Of a DNA stretch of 64,000 nucleotides, positions 27,888 to 36,006 are shown piece after piece. Numbering within the stretch: position 1 is the stretch's first letter; every line of letters begins with the position of its first letter. The position numbers and the translations under genes were made by a program. The notes below the pieces were generated by a model that searched no databases, was not told the DNA's origin, and was given only the letters and a program-made list of their open reading frames with translations. The stretch comes from Anaerolineae bacterium (GTDB taxonomy: Bacteria; Chloroflexota; Anaerolineae; Anaerolineales; UBA4823): assembly GCA_037439525.1 (NCBI GenBank), contig JBBIVW010000002.1, positions 331,650-395,649 of the forward strand. Direction: 5' to 3'.

Positions 27888-29681
27888 ATGGAGAATTATC
27901 ATCAATACGAAGTAATTGTTGTCGGCGGAGGCGGGGCGGGCCTGATGGCCGCGTTGTATGCCTCACGCAGCGCCAGCACTGCGGTGGTGAGCAAACTGTA
28001 TCCCACGCGATCTCACACCGGCACTGCGCAGGGAGGAGTTGGCGCGGCGTTGGGCAGTATGGAAGAAGACCATCCGGACTGGCACACCTTCGACACAGTC
28101 AAAGGCAGTGATTACCTGGGAGATCAGGATGCCATCGAATTCATGTGCAACGAAGCGGTGCCGGCAGTGTATGAATTAGAACATATGGGGCTGCCCTTCT
28201 CGCGCACCCCAGACGGCAAGATTGCTCAACGACCCTTTGGTGGGCACACCAACAACCTCACCGGTAAACCTGTGCGCCGTGCGTGTTACTCTGCGGACCG
28301 CACCGGTCATATGATCTTACAAACCTTATATCAGCAATGCATTAAGAATAATGTCATCTTTTACGACGAGTTCCAGGTCATCGATCTGCTGATCGAAAAT
28401 GGTGTGACGGCTGGCGTGGTCGCCCTGGAGCTGGCAACGGGTGCACTGCATACCTTTCATGCCAAAGCGGTGATCATTGCCACCGGTGGTCATGGTCGCA
28501 TTTGGGAGATCACCTCGAACGCATACTCCTTTACAGGGGATGGCGTGGCAGTCACGCTACGGCGCGGCATTCCTGCAGAAGATATGGAGTTCTTCCAGTT
28601 CCATCCTACAGGCATTTACCGCCTGGGGATTCTCATCACGGAGGGGGTGCGCGGCGAAGGGGGCGTGCTGATCAATGATAAAGGCGAGCGCTTCATGGAA
28701 CGTTATGCCCCAACCGCTAAAGACCTGGCTTCACGCGATGTGATCAGCCGCGCCATGTACCTGGAAATGCGCGAGGGTAGGGGCATCAACGGCAAACGCT
28801 ACCTATACCTGGATATGCGCCCGGAAACAGTGAACAAATACGCCGCGTTGGACGGGCGCAAACGGCCGGATGGCTCCCCTTATGTTGTCACAGGCGAGGA
28901 ATTGCTTGCCAAACTTCCCGATATTGTGGACTTTGCCCGCACCTATTTGGGTGTGGATCCGGTGACTCAGCCCATGCCTGTGCAGCCAACCGCCCACTAT
29001 GCCATGGGAGGCATCCCAACTACAGTGTATGGCGAGGTGATCCTGGATGAGAAGAACACCATCCTGCCTGGCCTGTACGCGGCTGGCGAGGTGGCTTGCG
29101 TTTCGGTGCATGGCGCAAACCGCCTGGGCACCAATTCATTGCTCGACCTGATCGTTTTCGGAAAGTACTCCGGTTTGAAAGCCGCCGAATATGCCAACCA
29201 GACAGGATTCCCCAAATTGCCCTCGAACCCCACCGAATTTGCCCGCCAACAATTGGACGCGATCCGCAATGCTCAGGGGGACGAGAACGCCATGCAGATC
29301 AGCCAAGAAATGAAGCAGGTGATGTTCGAGCATGTGGGCGTTTTTCGCACCGAGGAGGGGATGCAGATTGCCTTGCAAAAGGTGCGCGAACTGAAGGAAC
29401 GTGCCCGTCATATCACCCCGCAAGACCACAGCAAGGTGTATAACACGCAACTGATGAACATTTGGGAACTGAAGAACTTGTTGGATCTGGCGGAAGTCAC
29501 CACCGTTTCCGCGCTGGCGCGTACCGAAAGCCGTGGCGCCCATTCGCGCGAGGACTTCCCGAAGCGGGATGACAAACGCTGGCTGAAACATACCCTGGCC
29601 TGGATGAGGGATGGCGAGGTATTGCTGAGGTACAAGCCTGTCGTGATCACTAAGTATCCGCCCAAAGAACGCGTGTACTAA
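27888..29681 (+). CDS. sdhA: Succinate dehydrogenase / fumarate reductase flavoprotein subunit
   Basis: 'VVGGGGAGLMAA', 'SHTGTAQGG', 'FHPTG', 'GGIPT', 'RTESRGAHSREDFP'. Confidence 0.95.
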   Translation: MENYHQYEVIVVGGGGAGLMAALYASRSASTAVVSKLYPTRSHTGTAQGGVGAALGSMEEDHPDWHTFDTVKGSDYLGDQDAIEFMCNEAVPAVYELEHMGLPFSRTPDGKIAQRPFGGHTNNLTGKPVRRACYSADRTGHMILQTLYQQCIKNNVIFYDEFQVIDLLIENGVTAGVVALELATGALHTFHAKAVIIATGGHGRIWEITSNAYSFTGDGVAVTLRRGIPAEDMEFFQFHPTGIYRLGILITEGVRGEGGVLINDKGERFMERYAPTAKDLASRDVISRAMYLEMREGRGINGKRYLYLDMRPETVNKYAALDGRKRPDGSPYVVTGEELLAKLPDIVDFARTYLGVDPVTQPMPVQPTAHYAMGGIPTTVYGEVILDEKNTILPGLYAAGEVACVSVHGANRLGTNSLLDLIVFGKYSGLKAAEYANQTGFPKLPSNPTEFARQQLDAIRNAQGDENAMQISQEMKQVMFEHVGVFRTEEGMQIALQKVRELKERARHITPQDHSKVYNTQLMNIWELKNLLDLAEVTTVSALARTESRGAHSREDFPKRDDKRWLKHTLAWMRDGEVLLRYKPVVITKYPPKERVY

Positions 29682-29697
29682 AAATACGGAGGCAACG

Positions 29698-30402
29698 ATG
29701 CGTGTTCAGCTAAAGATCTTCCGTTATAACCCTGAAACAGACAAGAAACCACACTACGACAAGTTTGAGGTCGAGGCGGACCCCACCGATCGCGTGCTAG
29801 ATATACTGGAATATATTAAAGGTCATCTGGATGGCACGCTTTCCTTCCGCCGGTCTTGCGCGCACGGTATTTGCGGCTCCGATGCCATGCGCATCAATGG
29901 AGTTAACCGCCTGGCTTGTAAAGTGTTGATAAACACCCTGGGCACGGATAAAATTGTCGTCGAACCGTTGCTGGGTTTGCCCATCGAACGCGATTTGATT
30001 GTGGATATGGAGCCATTCTTCGCCAATTACCGCGCCGTGATGCCCTACCTGGTGAACGACGAGCCGCCGCCCAAGCGGGAACGCCTGCAGAGCCCCGAGG
30101 AACACGAACGGTTCGATGACACAACGAAGTGCATCCTTTGCGCTGCCTGTACCACTTCTTGCCCTTCATACTGGGCGAACGATAAGTACCTCGGTCCTGC
30201 GGCCTTTGTGGCTGCGCACCGCTTCATTTTCGACAGCCGCGATCGTGCCGCAGCAGAGCGTCTCAAAATCATCAACGATGCCTTTGGTGTGTATCGCTGC
30301 CATACGATTTTCAATTGCACCCTCGCCTGCCCGCGTGAAATTCAAATCACCAAAGCCATCGGCGAGCTCAAGCAGGCGATTGCCACCGGCAACCTGGACT
30401 AA
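29698..30402 (+). CDS. sdhB: Succinate dehydrogenase iron-sulfur subunit
   Basis: 2Fe-2S 'CAHGICGSDAMRINGVNRLAC', 4Fe-4S 'CILCAACTTSCP', 3Fe-4S 'CHTIFNCTLACP'. Confidence 0.95.
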   Translation: MRVQLKIFRYNPETDKKPHYDKFEVEADPTDRVLDILEYIKGHLDGTLSFRRSCAHGICGSDAMRINGVNRLACKVLINTLGTDKIVVEPLLGLPIERDLIVDMEPFFANYRAVMPYLVNDEPPPKRERLQSPEEHERFDDTTKCILCAACTTSCPSYWANDKYLGPAAFVAAHRFIFDSRDRAAAERLKIINDAFGVYRCHTIFNCTLACPREIQITKAIGELKQAIATGNLD

Positions 30403-30407
30403 CTATA

Positions 30408-30443
30408 GAAGGGCGGACCCAGTTTCCGCCCTTCTCGTTTCTT
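30408..30443 (+). terminator. Rho-independent terminator after sdhB
   Basis: GAAGGGCGGA (30408-30417) / TCCGCCCTTC (30425-30434), 7-nt loop, then TCGTTTCTT. Confidence 0.6.
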
Positions 30444-30470
30444 GAACAATCCTTTTCGCAGTGCTATAAT
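30442..30470 (+). promoter_or_regulatory. Near-consensus promoter of tRNA-Arg
   Basis: TTGAAC (30442-30447), 17-nt spacer, TATAAT (30465-30470), 10 nt before the tRNA 5' end. Confidence 0.55.
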
Positions 30471-30480
30471 TTTCCATCAT

Positions 30481-30553
30481 GCCCCAGTAGCTCAATGGAC
30501 AGAGCGAGGCTCTCCTAAGGCCGAGGTTATGGGTTCGACTCCCATCTGGGGCT
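30481..30553 (+). tRNA. tRNA-Arg (anticodon CCT), CCA not encoded
   Basis: Hand-folded. Acceptor GCCCCAG/CTGGGGC, D stem GCTC/GAGC, anticodon loop CTCCTAA, T arm ATGGG-TTCGACT-CCCAT. The anticodon stem has one A/G mismatch. Confidence 0.8.
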
Positions 30554-30605
30554 TGCCCATCCACCCTGCCGACGCAGGGTTTTTCTTGCAATCCCGGAGG
30601 CGTGT

Positions 30606-31871
30606 ATGAGCTTAGACCTGCCCACCATTCGACAGAAATTCCCGGCGTTACGCCGTCAGGCGATCTTTCTGGACAACCCAGGGGGTACGCAAATTGCCCA
30701 ACCTGCGATCGATCGCATGTTGGAGTACCTTACGCGGCATAACGCCAATCATGGTGGTGCCTTTCCCACCAGCCAGGAATCGGATGCAGTCATTGACCAG
30801 GCGCGGCTGGCAGTAGCAGATTTTTTAAACGCGGCTGACCCGCGCGAGATCGTCTTTGGGGCAAACATGACCAGCCTGACATTGCACATCAGTCGTTCGA
30901 TTGCCCGCACCTGGAAAGCAGGGGATGAAATTGTCGTCACGCGCCTAGACCACGATGCCAATATCACTCCCTGGGCTTTGGCGGCTCGCGATTGTGGGGT
31001 ACAGGTGCGCCATGTCGATTTCCATCCAGAAGATGGAACCCTGGATTTGCAGGCTTTGGAAGCAGCCTTGGAGCACAAACCGCGCTTGCTGGCGGTGGGA
31101 TACGCCTCCAATGCCCTAGGGACGATCAACCCTTTGGAGAAGATTATCCCCCTGGCGAAAGAAGCCGGCGCCTGGGTGTATGTAGATGCTGTGCAGTACG
31201 CTCCGCATGGTCCCATGGATGTGCAACGCCTGGGTTGCGATTTTTTGGTGTGTTCCGCCTATAAGTTTTTCGGTCCGCATGTGGGCATGCTCTACGGACG
31301 CCTAGAGTTATTGGAAGAACTGGAAGCCTACAAAGTGCGCCCGGCCTCAAATGAGCCGCCCGGCAAGTTCGAGACCGGCACACAGAACTTCGAGGGTATC
31401 GCCGGCGTGCTGGGCGCGCTGGAATATCTTGCTTGGGTGGGGGAGCGCTTTGGCGGGGATTATCAGGAAAAATATGCCGCGCGCTTCAGCGGCCGGCGCC
31501 TGCACCTGAAGCAGGCGATGAGCGCTATCCGTGCCTATGAATTCGAGTTGTCGCGTGCCTTGCTGGACGTGCTTGAGGAGACGCCCGGGGTGACTGTGTA
31601 CGGTCTCACTGACCGGCGGCAACTGGAGGCGCGCGTCCCCACAGTGAGCTTCACCCTGAAAGAATGGCATCCCCGCCAGGTTGCTGAAGCGCTGGGGGAA
31701 CGCGGTGTCTATGTCTGGGACGGCAACTACTACGCCCTGGCGGTCACCGAGCGTCTTGGGCTGGAGGAAAGCGGCGGCATGGTGCGTGTGGGACCGGTGC
31801 ATTACAACACGGAAGAGGAAATACATCAATTTGGCGAAGTATTGAGGAACATTGTTGTTGGTGGAATATAG
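30606..31871 (+). CDS. Class V aminotransferase / cysteine desulfurase-like PLP enzyme
   Basis: 'VTRLDHDANI', 'VDAVQYAPH', PLP-lysine context 'CSAYKFFGPH'. Confidence 0.85.
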   Translation: MSLDLPTIRQKFPALRRQAIFLDNPGGTQIAQPAIDRMLEYLTRHNANHGGAFPTSQESDAVIDQARLAVADFLNAADPREIVFGANMTSLTLHISRSIARTWKAGDEIVVTRLDHDANITPWALAARDCGVQVRHVDFHPEDGTLDLQALEAALEHKPRLLAVGYASNALGTINPLEKIIPLAKEAGAWVYVDAVQYAPHGPMDVQRLGCDFLVCSAYKFFGPHVGMLYGRLELLEELEAYKVRPASNEPPGKFETGTQNFEGIAGVLGALEYLAWVGERFGGDYQEKYAARFSGRRLHLKQAMSAIRAYEFELSRALLDVLEETPGVTVYGLTDRRQLEARVPTVSFTLKEWHPRQVAEALGERGVYVWDGNYYALAVTERLGLEESGGMVRVGPVHYNTEEEIHQFGEVLRNIVVGGI

Positions 31872-32043
31872 GAGTGAGCCCTAACCTATAGGAGAACGGA
31901 ACGCAATCCCATCCTCCATCACACATCACGCGAAATGCAAAAGCTAACGCTCTGGTTTTCAGGCAACATGCGCACTTTTTAGTGGGTTTGTCTAAGAGGG
32001 AACTGGTGATTGCAGCGCGGTTGAGCGCACCAATGACCAGGCG

Positions 32044-32418
32044 CTATTTGCACAACAGGAGGAATTGAGTAATGAAATAAGCCATCACTCCGATAGCAAG
32101 CGCCAATTGAGCGGCTGCCAGGGGGAAATTCAACAGCGCACCGGCTTGGGACAAGCCCAGGTAGGATAACAAACCCAAGGCCACCGCGGCGATCAACGCC
32201 TGGCGCTGAACGAGTTGGGCGCGCATATCCCGGCGGAGCGGAGTGAGCGGTTGGGATATATCCACAACGAACCATCCACTATGCAAGTAGAGCACGAAAA
32301 ATCCAAAAAGGACCATGCTGAGCAAACCGGCTTTCCAGTTTAAGCCCATGATCAGGATGGCGAGCAGCGCGCTGAGTATGGCTCTTGAGAGGTAGTATGG
32401 CAGGTAGGTTCTTCTCAT
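32044..32418 (-). CDS. Small polytopic membrane protein co-translated with an XRE regulator
   Basis: Four hydrophobic helices. ATG 32418 overlaps the regulator stop (ATGA). Confidence 0.55.
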   Translation of the reverse strand: MRRTYLPYYLSRAILSALLAILIMGLNWKAGLLSMVLFGFFVLYLHSGWFVVDISQPLTPLRRDMRAQLVQRQALIAAVALGLLSYLGLSQAGALLNFPLAAAQLALAIGVMAYFITQFLLLCK

Positions 32419-32633
32419 GGGGGTGTATCCTTCAAATAGAAAATCTTCTCAACTGGCACTTTGAATAGCGCACTGAGGCGCAGCGCAGTTTCGATGGAGG
32501 GGAGGAAATAACCTTTCTCAATGGCGATAATAGACTGGCGTGCCACCCCAACCTGCTCCGCTAACTGCGCTTGGGTCATGCCGTGCTGTTTTCTCAATGC
32601 TTTCAGGCAGTTGCCAACACGTGGTTGCCTCAT
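32415..32633 (-). CDS. XRE/Cro-family helix-turn-helix transcriptional regulator (72 aa)
   Basis: 'LRKQHGMTQAQLAEQVGVARQSIIAIEKG'. Start set at ATG 32633 because the TTG at 32669 lies within a -35 box (TTGACA, 32665-32670). Confidence 0.8.
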   Translation of the reverse strand: MRQPRVGNCLKALRKQHGMTQAQLAEQVGVARQSIIAIEKGYFLPSIETALRLSALFKVPVEKIFYLKDTPP

Positions 32634-32641
32634 GAGGTGAA

Positions 32642-32670
32642 GATTACCTGAAATTCCCAATTTTGTCAAG
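32642..32670 (-). promoter_or_regulatory. Promoter of the XRE regulator, implying a leaderless or near-leaderless mRNA
   Basis: Minus strand reads TTGACA (32670-32665), 17-nt spacer, TAATCT (32647-32642), 8 nt, then ATG (32633). Confidence 0.5.
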
Positions 32671-32751
32671 TGTTATTTACAATTAATTAGGGAGTTATCC
32701 TCAACTATTCCAATATTCGATAATTTGTCATCGAAAAAAGTGGAATAGATT

Positions 32752-32767
32752 TGTGACGCTTGTCACT
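32752..32767. promoter_or_regulatory. CRP/FNR-family-like palindrome upstream of the multihaem cytochrome gene
   Basis: TGTGA-CGCTTG-TCACT, compared with the CRP consensus TGTGA-N6-TCACA. A TACAAT hexamer lies at 32810-32815. Confidence 0.35.
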
Positions 32768-32858
32768 AGGTGTCTATTAATCCTCCCTTTAAAATTCGAG
32801 CAAGCTACCTACAATAGGAGAGTGTACCATACGATACAAGACCCATAAGGAGAATGCT

Positions 32859-34049
32859 ATGAAGAGAACTTTGTTATTTGGCTGCCTGTTGTTTGCAGGG
32901 GCATTGCTCCTGGTCGCATGTCAACCCGCGCCCACTCCGCAGGTGGTTGAGGTCACCAAAGAGGTCATCGTTACCCAAGAAGTGCCCGTGGAAGTGATCA
33001 AAGAAGTGGTGGTTACCCAGGAAGTGATGGTGGAGCCTCCAGCGCCTTGGGAGGTTGCCCATGAACGCGTGCCGCTTTCGCTGCATGCCACCACACAAGG
33101 CATGCGTTATTTCTATAGCGCTGAGCAGGGGGGCATCGAACTGCTTACCAACGTGCCGTATGATGATTTACAGTGTAAGAACTGTCATGTCGGTGAGGTG
33201 GATGGCGAAACCAACTGTGCTGCTTGCCATATTACCCAGGTGAGTGATGCCCCACCTCAATTCAAGTGCATCGTTTGTCATGGTCGCCAAAACTTCGAGA
33301 TGATGGCAAAAAATCCCGATGGCACACCTGGGATGAGCGATGTGCATTATGCCAAGGGCATGCAATGCATCAACTGCCATGGTGTCGACCAGATTCATGG
33401 TGATGGTGAGTCTTACAACTCGCTGCATGAGATGGACCTGGTCGCTTGCGAGGACTGCCATGCGGAAATCAATATGGAAGTGCAAGCACACAGTGTGCAT
33501 AACGAGAATTTGGATTGCGCTGCCTGCCATGTCAAGAATGTGATCAATTGCGTCAATTGCCACTTTGACACCGAGTTGGAAGGCGGTCCAAAAGTGCAAC
33601 AGACGCGCTACTTCAACTGGAAGTTCCTGCTGAAGGACGCTCAAACAGGCAAGATCACCACAGGTACGATCATGTCCATGGTCACCGGCGGGAAGTCCTT
33701 TGTGGCTGCCGCGCCGTTCTACGGACACACGATTGTCAAGCCAGATGCGGCAGCGATCTGCGATGAATGCCATCAATCCGCAGCCGTTGCCGAGTATCTG
33801 GCGACTGGGAAGATCACCATTCAAAAATGGGATGCAGCCCAGGGTAAGTTCATCTTTGCTACTGGGGTGATCCCCTTCCCTCCGGATTACATCGAGGCGT
33901 TCATCATGGACTTCGTCACCCGCGATGGAGATACCTGGAACGAGACCTTTAGCAACTGGATCTTTTTGAAGACGGGTGTAGATTTGTGGCAGATGCTCTT
34001 TGCCCAACCGCTGGATAAGATGCCTCCCCAAATGGATGTGACACCTTAG
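32859..34049 (+). CDS. Octahaem c-type cytochrome, predicted lipoprotein
   Basis: Eight CxxCH motifs (CKNCH, CAACH, CIVCH, CINCH, CEDCH, CAACH, CVNCH, CDECH). Signal peptide with lipobox 'LLVAC'. Confidence 0.85.
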   Translation: MKRTLLFGCLLFAGALLLVACQPAPTPQVVEVTKEVIVTQEVPVEVIKEVVVTQEVMVEPPAPWEVAHERVPLSLHATTQGMRYFYSAEQGGIELLTNVPYDDLQCKNCHVGEVDGETNCAACHITQVSDAPPQFKCIVCHGRQNFEMMAKNPDGTPGMSDVHYAKGMQCINCHGVDQIHGDGESYNSLHEMDLVACEDCHAEINMEVQAHSVHNENLDCAACHVKNVINCVNCHFDTELEGGPKVQQTRYFNWKFLLKDAQTGKITTGTIMSMVTGGKSFVAAAPFYGHTIVKPDAAAICDECHQSAAVAEYLATGKITIQKWDAAQGKFIFATGVIPFPPDYIEAFIMDFVTRDGDTWNETFSNWIFLKTGVDLWQMLFAQPLDKMPPQMDVTP

Positions 34050-34090
34050 GTCCCCTTTGCACTCTCCAGGCAGTAGGTGGGTAGGGAATA

Positions 34091-34117
34091 GGGAGCGATG
34101 CTTCGCTCCCTTTTTTT
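34091..34117 (+). terminator. Rho-independent terminator after the cytochrome gene
   Basis: GGGAGCGA (34091-34098) / TCGCTCCC (34103-34110), 4-nt loop, T7 run (34111-34117). Confidence 0.7.
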
Positions 34118-34118
34118 A

Positions 34119-35030
34119 TTAGCCTGTGACCAGGTCTAGGTTATCGGAATCATGGATAAACCCCCAAAACAATTCTGCCGGTCGGGAGGTTGTATGGTTG
34201 GCAGAGCGTAACATGCAAATCTTGCGCTGCAAGTCGAAGCCAGCAACCTTCACCTCACACACGCGCCCGGCTTCCAGGGCGAATTTCGCGGAGGCTTTAG
34301 AGACGAAAGAAACGCCCACTCCCGCTGCAACGGCGGCCACGATTGATTCTGCATTGCCCAGCTCCAGAACGATGTTCAAGTCTTCCAGGGCGATGTCATG
34401 TGCTGCCAGGGCGGATTGCATCACGCGCCGCGTGCCAGAAGTGGCTTCGCGAATGAGAAAAGGTTCTTGTAGGATTTCCTCGGGTTGGATTTCTTGGCGT
34501 GTACACCAAGGATGGCCCACGGGTGTGATCAGCACGATGGTGTCTGTAAAGAAATGCTGACATTCCAGGTCTGGAGTGACGGCTTCGAAACTTACTACCG
34601 CCAGGTCGGCGGTTTCATTGCGCAGCATCTCCTCCACATCCACCGGACGGCAGAGCAGGATTTTCACCTGAACGCGGGGAAAGCGCGTTCGGAAGCGGAC
34701 GGATAACATCGGCAGGATATACTTCCCTGCTGCTGTCGTGCAGGCGATAAGCAAAGGACCGGCGACTTCCCCCTTCAGCGATTGAGCCATCTCTTGAAAA
34801 CGAGTGTATTCCAGGAACAGTTGCCTCGCCCAGGGCACGAGTGCCTCACCGGTTTGTGTCAGGCGCAACTTGGAGCCAAGGCGTTCAAATAGATCGGTTT
34901 GCAGTTCGTGCTCCAAATCCTGAATGTGCTTGCTCACCGTTGACTGGCTGATGTGTAGCCTTTGCGCGGTTTCGGAGAAATTCAGCGTCTGGGTGGCGTC
35001 CAGGAAGGTTCTGATACGTTCTATTTCCAT
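34119..35030 (-). CDS. LysR-family transcriptional regulator
   Basis: N-terminal wHTH 'FSETAQRLHISQSTVSKHIQDLE' and a typical LTTR substrate-binding domain length. Confidence 0.9.
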   Translation of the reverse strand: MEIERIRTFLDATQTLNFSETAQRLHISQSTVSKHIQDLEHELQTDLFERLGSKLRLTQTGEALVPWARQLFLEYTRFQEMAQSLKGEVAGPLLIACTTAAGKYILPMLSVRFRTRFPRVQVKILLCRPVDVEEMLRNETADLAVVSFEAVTPDLECQHFFTDTIVLITPVGHPWCTRQEIQPEEILQEPFLIREATSGTRRVMQSALAAHDIALEDLNIVLELGNAESIVAAVAAGVGVSFVSKASAKFALEAGRVCEVKVAGFDLQRKICMLRSANHTTSRPAELFWGFIHDSDNLDLVTG

Positions 35031-35231
35031 AATGCTCGTGGTGATAAAGATTTATGCGCGCGATTCGATACGGAACTCAATGGCGCCTCATCAAGCATAC
35101 GTAGAGATGATTAATAGTAACACGATATTGATACAATATGCTTAGGCCGCTCATGTAAAAATCCGCCATTAGCCCCGCGATCGAAATGCTACATTCACAG
35201 GATATGTGCAAAACCCGAATATTGCTCCACA

Positions 35232-36005
35232 TTATTGAAATTGGGTGAAATATGCCTCGATCTCAGGCTTGAGGGTTAATCCTGCGCTCTCGAAGCACCC
35301 CAACAGGTCTTGATAAGCTCCTTCTCCGCCCAGAAAGTCCCAAAATTCTTCAGCGACTTTCAATTCATGTTGTAGGTCAAGCATACCTTTGATCGTCCAC
35401 CGTTCATAAGGTTTAGGCTCATAGGGATTGTATGGAATCGCAATATATGTATCGATTTCAAGTTTGGGGTTTTGATATAAGCAAATCGCAACCCACTCTA
35501 ATAATGTGCGTTTATAGTCTTTAAAGTTACTGACGTTTGGTTTAGCGGTTTTTATGTCAAAAAGATGCACCGATCCATTATCTGCTCGAATGTATAAATC
35601 CACCTTGGTACTGCTTAATTGCGTAAATGGTTCTAGCCGACATACTTTGCGTAGCCTTTTAATTTCCTCCGGTTTATTTGGTAGGGCGCCCGTAGACAAT
35701 GAATTGATGATGTGTTGGATTTCATATTGTGCAGCTTCGCTGAGTTTGTCCCCAACTTTAAACTGGCGTTGGACTTCTGGAAAGTTGCTTTTGGCAATGC
35801 GCTCTGCCAATGGTTCAAAAATAGAGGTGCCAAACACAGTGTTCAGCGAGTGGATAAAGGAGAACAAGGCCATCCGATCCTTGCCCAATAGCCTGTATTG
35901 AAAGGGCATTCGATGGGTCTCTGGTTTGTATCTTCGGAATTTCTCACGAATGACCTGGATTATAGTCTCTATAATTTCATCTTTTAGTTGCCTGGATAGA
36001 GCCAT
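35232..36005 (-). CDS. Putative type II restriction endonuclease (TdeIII-like, from memory)
   Basis: Sits 1 nt downstream of a DNA methyltransferase gene. PD-(D/E)xK-like 'VDLYIRADNGSVHLFDIKTAK'. N-terminal 'MPFQYRLLGKDRMALFSFIHSLNTVFGTSIFEP' recalls the TdeIII family. Confidence 0.55.
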   Translation of the reverse strand: MALSRQLKDEIIETIIQVIREKFRRYKPETHRMPFQYRLLGKDRMALFSFIHSLNTVFGTSIFEPLAERIAKSNFPEVQRQFKVGDKLSEAAQYEIQHIINSLSTGALPNKPEEIKRLRKVCRLEPFTQLSSTKVDLYIRADNGSVHLFDIKTAKPNVSNFKDYKRTLLEWVAICLYQNPKLEIDTYIAIPYNPYEPKPYERWTIKGMLDLQHELKVAEEFWDFLGGEGAYQDLLGCFESAGLTLKPEIEAYFTQFQ

Positions 36006-36006
36006 G

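Noticed and set aside
33168-34031. 287-aa minus-strand ORF opposite the octahaem cytochrome gene. Similar shadow ORFs lie at 50615-51349, 20990-21652, 23544-24179 and 41785-42393.
   Set aside because: Each lies wholly inside a gene with strong family motifs on the other strand. None has motifs, an RBS or a sensible composition.
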